Shown here: positions 43,411 to 53,199 of the stretch, piece by piece
Layout of the letters: each line of letters starts with the position of its first letter
Numbering within the stretch: position 1 is the first letter of the stretch
Assembly: GCF_964204645.1 (NCBI RefSeq)
Contig: NC_134030.1
Location: forward strand, 21,660,210-21,724,209
Reading direction: 5' to 3'
DNA length: 64,000 bases
Source of the DNA: Tubulanus polymorphus
Taxonomy: Eukaryota > Animalia > Nemertea
Translations under genes and position numbers: made by a program
The notes under the pieces: generated by a model
Database searches by the model: none
The model's input: the letters and a program-made list of their open reading frames with translations, nothing else
What the model was told of the DNA's origin: nothing

Positions 43411-46400
43411 CGTGTCTTATGGTCCCCAAACCGGGAAATCAGGAATTGCAAAATAATATTTCATCATGGCTCAAAATATTTGCGTTGTAAGTTGATAGAT
43501 TTTCCTCTCATTCTGGAAGTATTTTGAAAATTTATTTTGCGCTTCAACTTTCTTCACCAATCTTTCTTGAAAATCACCTACATCAGCCAATCACCGGTAA
43601 AATGTTGACGTCACTGTAGTGTATGATGTAATCTGCTAAATCTGGAAAATGAAATCAACACCCATGAAATACTCGGGTTTATTGACTTCATGTAATTGTG
43701 AGAACTATCCATAAATTCTGTTTTGAGTTCGATCACAAACTTGTTTGGTCTTTACTTCTTTAGATTTGAAGTTTATCTGATGTTATATGTGAATGATACA
43801 ACTGTTTATAGTTTGTATGCATCAGTTCATATATTGTTTTCATTTCATTTTTCAGGCGAATTAAAAAAGCTCGGTTTCCTGGTAGAGGAGTCGAGTAAGT
43901 AAATTATACAGTCATCACTTTCTGATTTAGACTAGGATCGAGAGATGAAATAGTTTGACATACAATAAATCGACAAAATTAAGATGAAATTAAGTTTCAT
44001 TTTCTCTGGTTTGTGGGAGATCCGAAGTATATGATTAAACCGGTTTAATCCGGATCACTGGGGGAACCGGTGAAATTCATCTGGTTTATGAGAAATCACG
44101 ATTTAAAATCGTATTCTGTGAGATACAAGTTGATCGTTTAATAAATAGTCATAAAACTGAACGAAATCTTTAAGAAACCAAGAAATCGGATTTAACTGAT
44201 ATTGATTCAATGAGTTTGATTTGTATTTAGTGTTCTAATTTCCACTGAACAGTTTAACACATCATCAACAACTATTTCATTTATTTAGGGAAACCAACAA
44301 TATCCAATTCAAGACATTAGGCTAAAAAAAATTGATACCTTGTTTCTCCGCTCTGCTGAGCCTAAATGTTGACCCGGCCGGCCGCCTATCTACCCTATAC
44401 ATTACTTTTTTAAAAATCGTGATCAATTTTACCATAACAGACCCGGCCGCTATAGAAATGAACTGTTTATAAATTTTATCATATTTTACAAAAATGACCC
44501 GGCCGCTGCGGAGAAACAAGGTATCATTTTTGTTTAGCCTTATTCTTACGTTTCGTGTAGAATCCTTCCACACATCTTCAGAGTTTATTTGAAAAATATA
44601 TTTATAATTTACTGATATTCATCAAGACTGGAAATAGTCTTAACGGTTTACAACAATGATCAACAGTGTTTGATAATGCAATTCAACTAAGAGTCTAGAA
44701 TGTTTCCTTGAGCTAGTGTAGTTTATCCAACGTTTCGACTTGATCCTAAGTCATCTTCAGGAATACTGTATTCCTTGAGCTAGTGTAGTTTATTCAACGT
44801 TTTGACTATATCCTAATAGTCATCTTCAGGAATACTGTATTCCTTGAGCTAGTGTAGTTTATTCAACGTTTCGACTTTATCCTAATAGTCATCTTCAGGA
44901 ATTCAGGAATACTGTATTCCTTGAGCTAGTGTAGTTTATTCAACGTTTCAACTATATCCTAATAGTCATCTTCAGGAATACTGTATTCCTTGAGCTAGTG
45001 TAGTTTATTCGACGTTTCGACTATATCCTAATAGTCATCTTCAGGAATACTGTATTCCTTGAGCTAGTGTAGTTTATTCAACGTTTCGACTATACCCCAA
45101 TAGTCATCTTCAGGAATACTGTATTCCTTGAGCTAGTGTAGTTTATTCAACGTTTCGACTATACCCCAATAGTCATCTTCAGGAATACTGTATTCCTCGA
45201 GCTAGTGTAGTTTATCCAACGTTTCGACTTGATCCTAAGTCATCTTCAGGAATACTGTATTCCTTGAGCTAGTGTAGTTTATTCAACGTTTTGACTATAT
45301 CCTAATAGTCATCTTCAGGAATACTGTATTCCTTGAGCTAGTGTAGTTTATTCAACGTTTCCACTATATCCTAATAGTCATCTTCAGGAATACTGTATTC
45401 CTCGAGCTAGTGTAGTTTATTCAACGTTTCGACTTTATCCTAATAGTCATCTTCAGGAATACTGTATTCCTTGAGCTAGTGTAGTTTATTCAACGTTTCA
45501 ACTATATCCTAATAGTCATCTTCAGGAATACTGTATTCCTTGAGCTAGGGTAGTTTATTCAACGTTTCGACTATATCCTAATAGTCATCTTCAGGAATAC
45601 TGTATTCCTTGAGCTAGTGTAGTTTATTCAACGTTTCGACTTTATCCTAATAGTCATCTTCAGGAATACTGTATTCCTTGAGCTAGTGTAGTTTATTCAA
45701 CGTTTCAACTATATCCTAATAGTCATCTTCAGGAATACTGTATTCCTTGAGCTAGTGTAGTTTATTCAACGTTTCGACTATATCCTAATAGTCATCTTCA
45801 GGAATACTGTATTCCTTGAGCTAGTGTAGTTTATTCGACGTTTCGACTATACCCCAATAGTCATCTTCAGGAATACTTAAGTGTTTGTGAAATTCCAAGT
45901 ATAAACATTATCTAGAACTAAGAGCCTTATCAATTAATAAGACGTGATAGAAACTAGGGGTAATAATTAATGATGTAAGAACAGTTACAAATTTGAAGCA
46001 GAACAAACTCAAAGGGTTCTAATATGATATAGTAGTGAATATAAGTTTATGAAGTCGAATGACTTTAGGATGTTTGCAGTTGTTCGGTGTTTGGTTTATA
46101 TTGTGTATTTATTTATAGGGCTTAGTAGAAATCTAAGTAATGAAACTGCTGGTGAAGGTAGATCGGGTACTGGCCGACCAGTGAGTGGTGTGTCGAGCAG
46201 TGGCCGACCAGTGAGTGGTGATGGTGGATCACTTGGTGGTGATGGTGGATCACTTGGTGGTGATGGTGGACCAGTTGGTGGTGAAGGAACAGTGAACGAT
46301 GAACCTGCTGGTGGTGTTAGTCCGACTAGTGACACTGTGTTCACTGGTGGTGGTGGGTCGCCTTATGGTGGTCAGGGTGATGGTAGTATACCTCCTAACT

Positions 46401-46459
46401 ATGATCGTCGATCTAGTGGTGGTAGCGGGCAGGATCCTGGGGGTTTATCAAACTCTTAA
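20666..46459 (+). CDS. Single-pass Ig-superfamily receptor with 4 Ig-like domains and a micro-exon-encoded cytoplasmic tail (about 1405 aa, 54 coding exons)
   Basis: Signal exon 20666-20771 (MRNQSRNLQQCLVIILLILIP..FRVKRNT). Ig exons 22324-22614, 23494-23826, 24710-25048, 26398-26667. TM exon 27983-28072 (GIGGIVFGVLILLILIILFILCLCGC). Tail exons: 28160-28204, 28908-29003, 29085-29162, 29241-29276, 29651-29725, 29807-29848, 31497-31532, 31672-31746, 32274-32321, 32647-32676, 32757-32807, 32894-32956, 33826-33909, 34205-34252, 34340-34378, 34610-34627, 34707-34754, 34847-34900, 35054-35101, 35355-35423, 35864-35893, 36122-36160, 36314-36469, 36563-36598, 36673-36690, 36807-36854, 36938-37015, 37128-37175, 37555-37638, 38220-38264, 38668-38718, 38938-38973, 40631-40648, 40847-40894, 41102-41191, 41265-41342, 41432-41479, 41668-41721, 42086-42121, 42209-42262, 42347-42388, 42602-42643, 42888-42914, 42991-43020, 43134-43169, 43258-43311, 43856-43894. 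Terminal exon 46119-46459. All internal exons are bounded by AG/GT, are phase 1 and are stop-free. Confidence 0.8.
21600..22350 (+). repeat. 82-bp tandem repeat made of the intron end, splice acceptor and start of the Ig1 exon (9 acceptor copies)
   Basis: TTTCAG|CACCTGATGG with the acceptor G at 21667, 21749, 21831, 21913, 21995, 22077, 22159, 22241 and 22323. Confidence 0.95.
23846..24312 (+). mobile_element. Possible non-autonomous Helitron/Helentron-like insertion
   Basis: It starts TTTATGCCCC, has an internal repeat of about 125 bp (GACCGATTTT..AAACTT..GGTCACCAGGGG) and ends ..ATTCTAGTT. It is absent from the paralogous intron at 61424-61500, and a related GGTCACCAGGGGGC motif occurs at about 48040-48210. 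Confidence 0.45.
26038..26175. mobile_element. PIF/Harbinger-like MITE (same family as 12468-12606)
   Basis: CAG|GGGCCGGTTGCA..TGCAACTGGCCC|CAG. It is absent from the paralogous intron near 63410. Confidence 0.75.
31747..32042 (+). repeat. 16-bp purine-rich tandem repeat, most units carrying a G|GTAAG donor-like site
   Basis: GTAAGAGGAGTGAGAG and GTAAGAGTAGTGAGTG units, about 18 copies, starting exactly at the donor of exon 31672-31746. Confidence 0.9.
32995..33741. repeat. 40-bp minisatellite, about 18 copies
   Basis: Unit TAGAGAGTTTGTAATCTGTAAACCTGATAGAAGCGGCCGG. Confidence 0.95.
37645..38160. repeat. 22-bp minisatellite with one short insertion
   Basis: Unit TACATCTACAGTAAACTACATT, beginning at the donor of exon 37555-37638. 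Confidence 0.92.
38347..38614. mobile_element. MITE with GGCC/GGCT-AAAAA..TTGTTT TIRs; related copies at 44320-44539, about 21445 and about 3977
   Basis: TAAGGCCAAAAAATGATCTTGTTTTTC ... GAGAAACAAGGTATCAATTTTTTAGCCTTA, with a TA/TWA target context. Confidence 0.6.
39030..40360. repeat. 14-bp minisatellite, about 90 copies
   Basis: Units CTAGACTCCTAACA, CTAGACTCCTGACG, CTAGACCCCTGACG and CTGGACTCCTGACA arranged in homogeneous blocks. Confidence 0.95.
44320..44539. mobile_element. MITE (PIF/Harbinger-like, TTA target)
   Basis: TTA|GGCTAAAAAAAATTGATACCTTGTTTCTCCGC ... GCGGAGAAACAAGGTATCATTTTTGTTTAGCC|TTA. Confidence 0.75.
44706..45877 (-). ncRNA. Tandem array of 17 minimal hammerhead ribozyme motifs (69-bp unit)
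   Basis: The minus-strand unit is AAUACAG-UAUUC-CUGAAGA-U-GACUA-uuaggaua-UAGUC-GAAA-C-GUU-GAAUA-AACUACACUAGCUCAAGG. It has stem I UAUUC/GAAUA, intact CUGANGA and GAAA boxes, stem II, the palindrome ACGU and an NUH triplet (GUU, or GUC in two copies). Units start at 44706, 44773, 44842, 44919, 44988 and so on to 45814. Confidence 0.85.
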
Positions 46460-47151
46460 CCGTCGATCTAGTGGTGACCGGAGGAGTGGTTATGGTAGAT
46501 CTACCTACCGCTGATATTGTGTTGTCAATGTTTAACCTCACCTGCTGTTTGACCTGTTTGCGTATTGCGTATTGTTTTAGAATTGATTGCTTTGCGTCAC
46601 CCGGTAGAAAATACGCTTCAATCTTGCATGTTTCAATATTTCAAAAACCGGAACTATGTTATACAGAACTTAAACCTCATGTTAATTTCGACCTATTTAT
46701 ATCGAATCTCAGTTCATTTGAAGATTGATAATTTTTCAGGAATTCTTTTTTATTCACAATCTCATAAACTCGTTTTGTAGTTTCTAAATATCGCTATTCG
46801 TGTTTTTTCCTCTCGTGGCCAAATTCACCCAGAATGTCATAGCTTTTAAAAGAGAAAATGTCTGGGGCGCGCCCCCGGGCCCATGGCCTTCGACATCTGA
46901 AACAGTTCAACTGCAGAGACTCAATTGCCCCCCCCCCTCTTTGGGTCTAACTCACGACTGTGGAACTGGGTCTAATTCATGACTGTGGAACTGGGTCTAA
47001 CTCACGACTGTGGAACTGGGTCCTGTATCACTGTTTGATGCTGCTTACAGGTATTAACTTTTTGCGCTTTTTCAAGTACGATTTTATACGAAAAGAAAAG
47101 AGAAAAAGAAAAATATGTTTAATCCCGTAAAAGAAAAAAAATGTAGTTTTC

Positions 47152-47157
47152 AATAAA
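47152..47157 (+). promoter_or_regulatory. Candidate polyadenylation signal of the Ig receptor gene
   Basis: AATAAA about 690 nt after the stop codon, followed by T/GT-rich sequence. Confidence 0.45.
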
Positions 47158-48484
47158 ATTATTGTTATTTATGTTATTTTATTTTTGTGCTATTGTACTC
47201 CTACATGTTCTAATTAGCAAATTATTTAATTATTCTCGAGTAGTTTGTGCTTTTCATGGAATGAAAAGATTGAATTTAATTCTAGTTTCATTTATTCAAG
47301 GATGATTTATCCAAGATCAATCAATAATATTGATTTACTTATCGTTTGTTCGTTCATTATATTATAATGTATCATATTAGAAAAAGATGGCTGCCGAAGC
47401 CGCATACCATTTCATTTGGTCGCATTTAAATCAGTTTTAGTACTATTAATATCTGTGTAAATGACCACCACGTTCGTCATGGTGGTCATTTATAAAGGCG
47501 GCCATCTTAGGCGAACGAGCTAGTCATTTCGATGTTTGAAACTAATTTGTATCAATTCCATTCATTTTTATGAATTAAAGGTAGATATATTTTGATTGTA
47601 GATACAATGTAGAATGTGCTACGTAGCTGTAGTTTTAGTTACAGTCGTGGAACTGATTAAGTGTAACTGGACAAACTTTTTTTTTGAAGTAATTTCTGTG
47701 AGAAAACAGTTTGAAGACTTCTATTTTCAATGAATTATTCTTTTTATATTTCATCATTTATTACTGGAATGTAGTATGTTTGTTTAGCGGTATTCTTTTG
47801 ATTACCTATTTCGTGACATAATTTGATATTCAAGTTTAGAAAAAAAGTCGAGCGCGATTGAATATTCTATTTGTTATATAGATAATGCAATGTACATTTT
47901 TGGAGGAGTTAAATAGCGCGTTATGCATATATATATTGGTACCTTATTGGATATTTTATAACCGCAATCAATAACAAAGTTATACCCTGTAACATGTTAT
48001 ATGATTGTTTTGAATTTCAAGGTCGTTGGTTTTTGTATATGGTCACCAGGGGGCGTTGAATAGCCAAATAGCTTAGTATTTCCATATTTTATTGGTACCT
48101 AGGCATATTTTGTAGCCACAATCAATTGCAAAATTGTAGTTCGCGACATTTTCTACGATTGTGGTGAGTTTCCAGGTCGTGACTTCATTGATATGTTCAC
48201 CAGGGGGCCCTGAATATTGAAATTTCCTTATCATTGACCTTTTCCCTGGACCCTTGGTTTGTTTTCACGCGCGAGAAAAAATCATTTTGGTTTACTTTGG
48301 TGCGTGTATGGATTTTGAAGTATACCTAGGGGATATGAACGTCATATTTTTATAAACTAAAACATCTCTCAAAAGTGAGCATTATCAGAATTTGGTTGGA
48401 AATATAAGGGATATAGACATCATAATTGTCTATACTGAAGATCGGAAAAACTGAATCTCTTAAAATGTATATATCGGTAATTAC

Positions 48485-48952
48485 CATCTAAATACATGTA
48501 TCTGTAACTAAGATCTAAATACATGTATCTGTAACTAAGATCTAAATACATGTATCTGCAACTAAGATCTAAATACATGTATCTGCAACTAAGATCTAAA
48601 TACATGTATCTGCAACTAAGATCTAAATACATGTATCTGTAACTAAGATCTAAATACATGTATCTGTAACTAAGATCTAAATACATGTATCTGCAACTAA
48701 GATCTAAATACATGTATCTGTAACTAAGATCTAAATACATGTATCTGTAACTAAGATCTAAATACATGTATCTGTAACTAAGATCTAAATACATGTATCT
48801 GTAACTAAGATCTAAATACATGTATCTGTAACTAAGATCTAAATACATGTATCTGTAACTAAGATCTAAATACATGTATCTGTAACTAAGATCTAAATAC
48901 ATGTATCTGTAACTAAGATCTAAATACATGTATCTGTAACTAAGATCTGTAA
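48485..48952. repeat. 27-bp minisatellite, about 17 copies
   Basis: Unit TCTAAATACATGTATCTGTAACTAAGA. Confidence 0.95.
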
Positions 48953-49090
48953 CTGTATTTCGATTAGAATACAGTTTATAACTGTATTTTAATGAGAATA
49001 CAGTTTATAACTGTATTTTAATTAGAATACAGTTTATAACTGTATTTTGATTAGAATACAGTTTATAACTGTATTTTGATTAGAATATAG
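48950..49090. repeat. 29-bp self-complementary tandem repeat, about 5 copies
   Basis: Unit AACTGTATTTTGATTAGAATACAGTTTAT, with an AACTGTATT/AATACAGTT stem. Confidence 0.85.
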
Positions 49091-49635
49091 TGTAATTTTA
49101 TTCTTAATTGAATACAATTTAACCTGAACAATGGTTTACCTGGATTACAATGTATTATACACTGTGCTGTTATTATTCATTTGATTGTATTTTATCGTTA
49201 GTAACTATTGAAAACGTTATATTTCATTTGAACCAGTTTTGCAAAACATGACACTTTTATGATGTATTGAAAATTGATGTTTGATGCGGTTTGTAAAACA
49301 CGTTTATTTAGATCGTGATCGGTTCCTGGTAAAACCAGGCGATCGTAGGCTCCTGGTAAAACCAGGGAGATCGTGGACTCCTGGTAAAACCAGGGAGATC
49401 GTGGGCTTCTGGTAAAACTTTGTGCTGTGTTTTGTTTGTGTTAGAAATTGCTAATGATGTAACGAGCTTATTTTATTCGCTGAAATAAAAGGAATTCATC
49501 TATAGAAATAAAGTCATTATTTTCTTGTGTCAACTGTAGCCGAGGTAGAATCGACCCGGGTCGCGGTGAAGTTCAACGTTTGCTGATGATGGAGCACCAG
49601 TTACAGAAGAGGAAATCGAGTTTGGTACAGGGGGG

Positions 49636-49967
49636 CATCCTCCCTCTGCAGGGACTCGAACCTGATGGCATCGCTACACTCAGCCACGGCACGAACCCCT
49701 GCCATAGACAACCATGTGCGCAGTTACATGCGCACTATCCGAACCAAAACTGGCGGCACCAATCAGATTGCTCGTTGTATAATCGTTGAGGCAGATTTCA
49801 AGGAGGAACTATAAATGGGAAAACCAAAAATAAAACGGGATTTCTGATTGGCTAAAAATCACATCATCTGAACTGCGCATGTATCTGCGCACACGGTGGA
49901 TTGTGGCAGGGTTTCGTGCCGTGGCAATCTCGATGCCATCAGGTTCGAATCCCTGCCGGGGAGGATG
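49636..49967. mobile_element. Second copy of the CAT..ATG MITE family
   Basis: Highly similar to 16228-16568. The flanks AGGGGGG and AGGGGGT resemble an imperfect TSD. Confidence 0.85.
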
Positions 49968-50634
49968 AGGGGGTACTCCCTCAGCGTGAAACGTCAGTAA
50001 AACGGGTGGCACACTTCTATCAATAAGGTCATGAGATCTGATTTTTGGTTTACCTATGCCGTCACTTATGAGCAAGTGCGCCGATTTATATGGGCGTAAA
50101 CGGTTCAAGACATTAGCGCCTAGCCAGAACCGGGTTCCTAGGGAGATTTCTGCCGAAAACGATATTTTTGACGGCCGATTTTTCAGATCCTCGGTTTTAT
50201 GGCATAAACATCCGATGACCTACATCTATGACGTTTTGGCGTAGATTCCTCATTAACGGGGTTCCCTATGCATCGCAACAACCAATCAGAGCTACGCGCA
50301 CCTGCTACGGAGTCCCGTCGATACTCTATTTAGTAACTTGTATTCTAAATCTATATTGTATGAATAGAAATATCAATTTGAAAACATCTTGCTTTCTAAA
50401 ATTGATATTTGTTGCACCAGGGCTTATTTTGGTGACTAAAACGTGCGTATGAATATGCCGATGAATTTTACGCAATACTTATTTGCATATGAAAAACACC
50501 GAACAGGTGAACTAGTATTGTTTGCGATATAACTAATCGTCATACTCGACGCCATAATCAGTAAGTCTGGTCCGTCTCGAACCTCTCAGATGCACCGGTA
50601 TCGTGTGCGAAACACGTGTAGCATGTCTAATTGC

Positions 50635-50888
50635 CATCCTACCATGACGGGGATTCGAACCTGACATGTACCCGTGGTATACGCGTAGCTTACGTGGTGT
50701 AAGTGACAGCCAATCGGAAATCCCGCTTTTGTTAGCCTATTTTTAATTCTTACTTTACCGATTACACAACTAGCAATTTGACATGTGCCGGTGCGGTAAA
50801 CCTTTGCACCCGGCTAGTGAGGCAGGGGTTCGCGCTGAGGCTGGGTATAACGATGTAATCAGGCTCGATTCCTTGCCGTGGTAGGATG
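50635..50888. mobile_element. Diverged member of the CAT..ATG MITE family
   Basis: CATCCTACCATGACGGGGATTCGAACCTGA ... TCAGGCTCGATTCCTTGCCGTGGTAGGATG. Confidence 0.65.
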
Positions 50889-51240
50889 GAAGTAATAGGG
50901 ATAATGGGCATTCAAGCCAAAGGTCGAACGGTCGAGCTCGTAAAAAATGAAAAAACATTAAAATAATAACAATTTCTACTTGAATTACTCGCGAAACTCA
51001 TAAAAATGAAAAATAAATTCTCACACGCTCGAATTTATTTTTCATTTTTTACTCGCTAAAAAGTAACGAGTAATTAACGAGTTGTTTGAATTGATATTTT
51101 AAACATATTTCAATATTTATATTTGTATGAGTTAGATTTTTAAACATTAAAGTGTGAGTAAAGTGTGAGTGAAATAATTCATATTTAAAACATTGAATAT
51201 TTATATTTGAATGAGTTTTAATAAAAGTTTTGTTATAAAA

Positions 51241-51559
51241 ATGAAGAAAGAAGAAGAACCATAATTACATAATTAATATTCTTAAAACTCCTTTCAATAA
51301 TGATGATATAATACTTTCAAAAGATTACAATGATTTGATTAACTTAAGAATTGAAAAAAGACAATTATATTATTTCAATTTTGATAATAAACAAATTATC
51401 TATAATGAAAATTCATCAAATATTGGAATTCAATGTGAATTAGATAATAATAATTCTTATAAAGATATTGGAATTCAATGTAATTTTGATGATGAAATTG
51501 TTGCGCCTAAATATAATCCTAATGAAAGCGTTTTATGTAATTGTGGAAAATATTACTAG
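51241..51559 (+). pseudogene. Frameshifted small ORF inside the Polinton-like element
   Basis: ATG AAG AAA GAA GAA GAA CCA is followed by an extra T at 51262. Removing it gives MKKEEEPNYIINILKTPF..NIGIQCELDNNNSYKDIGIQCNF..VLCNCGKYY*. Confidence 0.5.
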
Positions 51560-51631
51560 ATAAAGTAACTTATTGTTTTTTTATTTAAATCTTTTTAATT
51601 TCTATTCGCGTTATTGGTTAACAAGAATTGA

Positions 51632-51907
51632 CTAGATTATGTTTTCATCTAAAGTTTCTTTAAAATTTAAAACTGTATTGAATACTTTAGGATTTTTAAC
51701 ACCATTATCAAAAGTATCTACTAGTTCAGTAATTAAATATGTTTCATTTGATAATATTTGATTAATCATAGTTATGTTATCGATTTTATAATACCTTGCG
51801 GACACTAAATTTGTTGCTGAAATATAATTTTTAATGTAAAACTGTGAAAATGATTTATTGGTTTCATTGATTTCGATTTTAAAGTTGGGTTCTTCTTCTG
51901 TCTTCAT
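51632..51907 (-). CDS. 91-aa hypothetical ORF inside the Polinton-like element
   Basis: An intronless, AT-rich ORF MKTEEEPNFKIEINETNK..KETLDENII*. It shares upstream sequence and N-terminus with the convergent + strand ORF. Confidence 0.5.
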   Translation of the reverse strand: MKTEEEPNFKIEINETNKSFSQFYIKNYISATNLVSARYYKIDNITMINQILSNETYLITELVDTFDNGVKNPKVFNTVLNFKETLDENII

Positions 51908-52789
51908 TTTAATAACAAAATTTTTATTAAAATGAATCCAACGCATATAAATATTCAATGATTTATGAATTATTTCACTCACACTTTACTCACACTTTCT
52001 TCTAGCGAGTAGAAAATGAAAAATAAATTCGAGCGTGTGAGAATTTATTTTTCATTTTTATGAGTTTCGCGAGTAATTCAAGTAGAAATTGTTATTATTT
52101 TTATGTTTTTTCATTTTTTACGAGCTCGACCGTTCGACCTTTGGCTTGAAAGCCCATTATCCCTATTACTGATGGAACTTGATGGCATCGCTACACTCAC
52201 TCGGCCACGGCACGAACTCCTGTCACACTCGGGGTTACGCAGCTAGGTGCGCAGATTTGCCGCAGGAAAACGCGCGATGGAATCGGTCTTAGTCTTACTG
52301 ACGAATTTATCGGTAAAGTGGCTGATGCGATATCGATCTGTCACGCTATGATTGATTTACCCCAATGGATAAAAATCCTCGCCTGACAAAAACGCTCTTA
52401 CTTCTCGATGATCATCTTTACGGGGTTGAACACGTCTGTCGTGCTTTGATGCCGTCATCATTTTGCGCATCCCTCATTGGATACACGCGCATAGAGTTTC
52501 AGGCACGCACGGTAGTACGTAATCGACGCACAATTCTATATCGGCCATCCTGAAGGCTCACCATAATCAACAGACCCGACGACTCAAACTCCTCGGTGAT
52601 GTCGCCGGTAAGCGTGGTGGGTATTTGCTCCTGTGCAGCGGGATAAGGCACACGAGAACGTTGTGTACCACCGGGTCGTACCTATGTTTTAGAACACGAG
52701 ATGTTCTAAAACGTTGGTACGACCCGGTATATCGGGTCCGGGAACTCACGATAAACGCCTTCACGAAACGACGCGAACAGATCGGTTTA

Positions 52790-53142
52790 ACATCCGTCGA
52801 CGAACGAATTCAATTTTCAGTTCTTGTTTTGACATACAAATGCATTCACTGCCTAGCTCCACCCTATTTACAATCGAATTGTACACATCAAGCCGTTCAT
52901 TACGATCCTCCGGGGGCCGTTTCAATAGACAAGGCTTAGACTTAAGACTGGTCTAAGACAAACTTAGTTCTATAGCCAATCTTACAACTTAAGACCAGTC
53001 TTAAGATTTAAGACCACTTTTGGTCTTAAGTCTTGACAATGGTCTATTTCTCGTGCCGCATGTGGAATAAGCTTCCCCTCTCTAATAGGGCATCAGACAG
53101 TTTAGCGATCTTCAGACGAAGTCTGAAAACATATCTGTTTGT
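52790..53142 (+). mobile_element. L2/CR1-group LINE 3' fragment interrupted by a MITE
   Basis: Translated pieces ERIQFSVLVLTYKCIHCLAPPYL, RSLRSS, WNKLP and SDSLAIFRRSLKTYLF match the typical ORF2 C-terminus. Confidence 0.75.
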
Positions 53143-53199
53143 TTAAAATCATAAGGTCCATAGATAAGTTTGTGTCCGTCTAAAGTACATAGTTTGAGT

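Larger units (their letters stand above)
50891..52170. mobile_element. Non-autonomous Maverick/Polinton-like element (1280 bp)
   Basis: It has near-perfect TIRs of about 168 bp, starting AGTAATAGGG and ending CCCTATTACT, and a 6-bp TSD GATGGA at 50885-50890 and 52171-52176. AG..CT ends with a 6-bp TSD and long TIRs are the Polinton signature. No integrase, PolB or capsid gene is present. Confidence 0.8.

Noticed and set aside
28160-46459. ITIM/ITAM signalling motifs or a kinase, TIR or death domain in the receptor tail
   Set aside because: Tyrosines are present, but I found no convincing consensus match and no recognisable domain.
48420-48929. (MYLDLSYRY)n ORF
   Set aside because: It is a 27-bp minisatellite with no splice or codon evidence.
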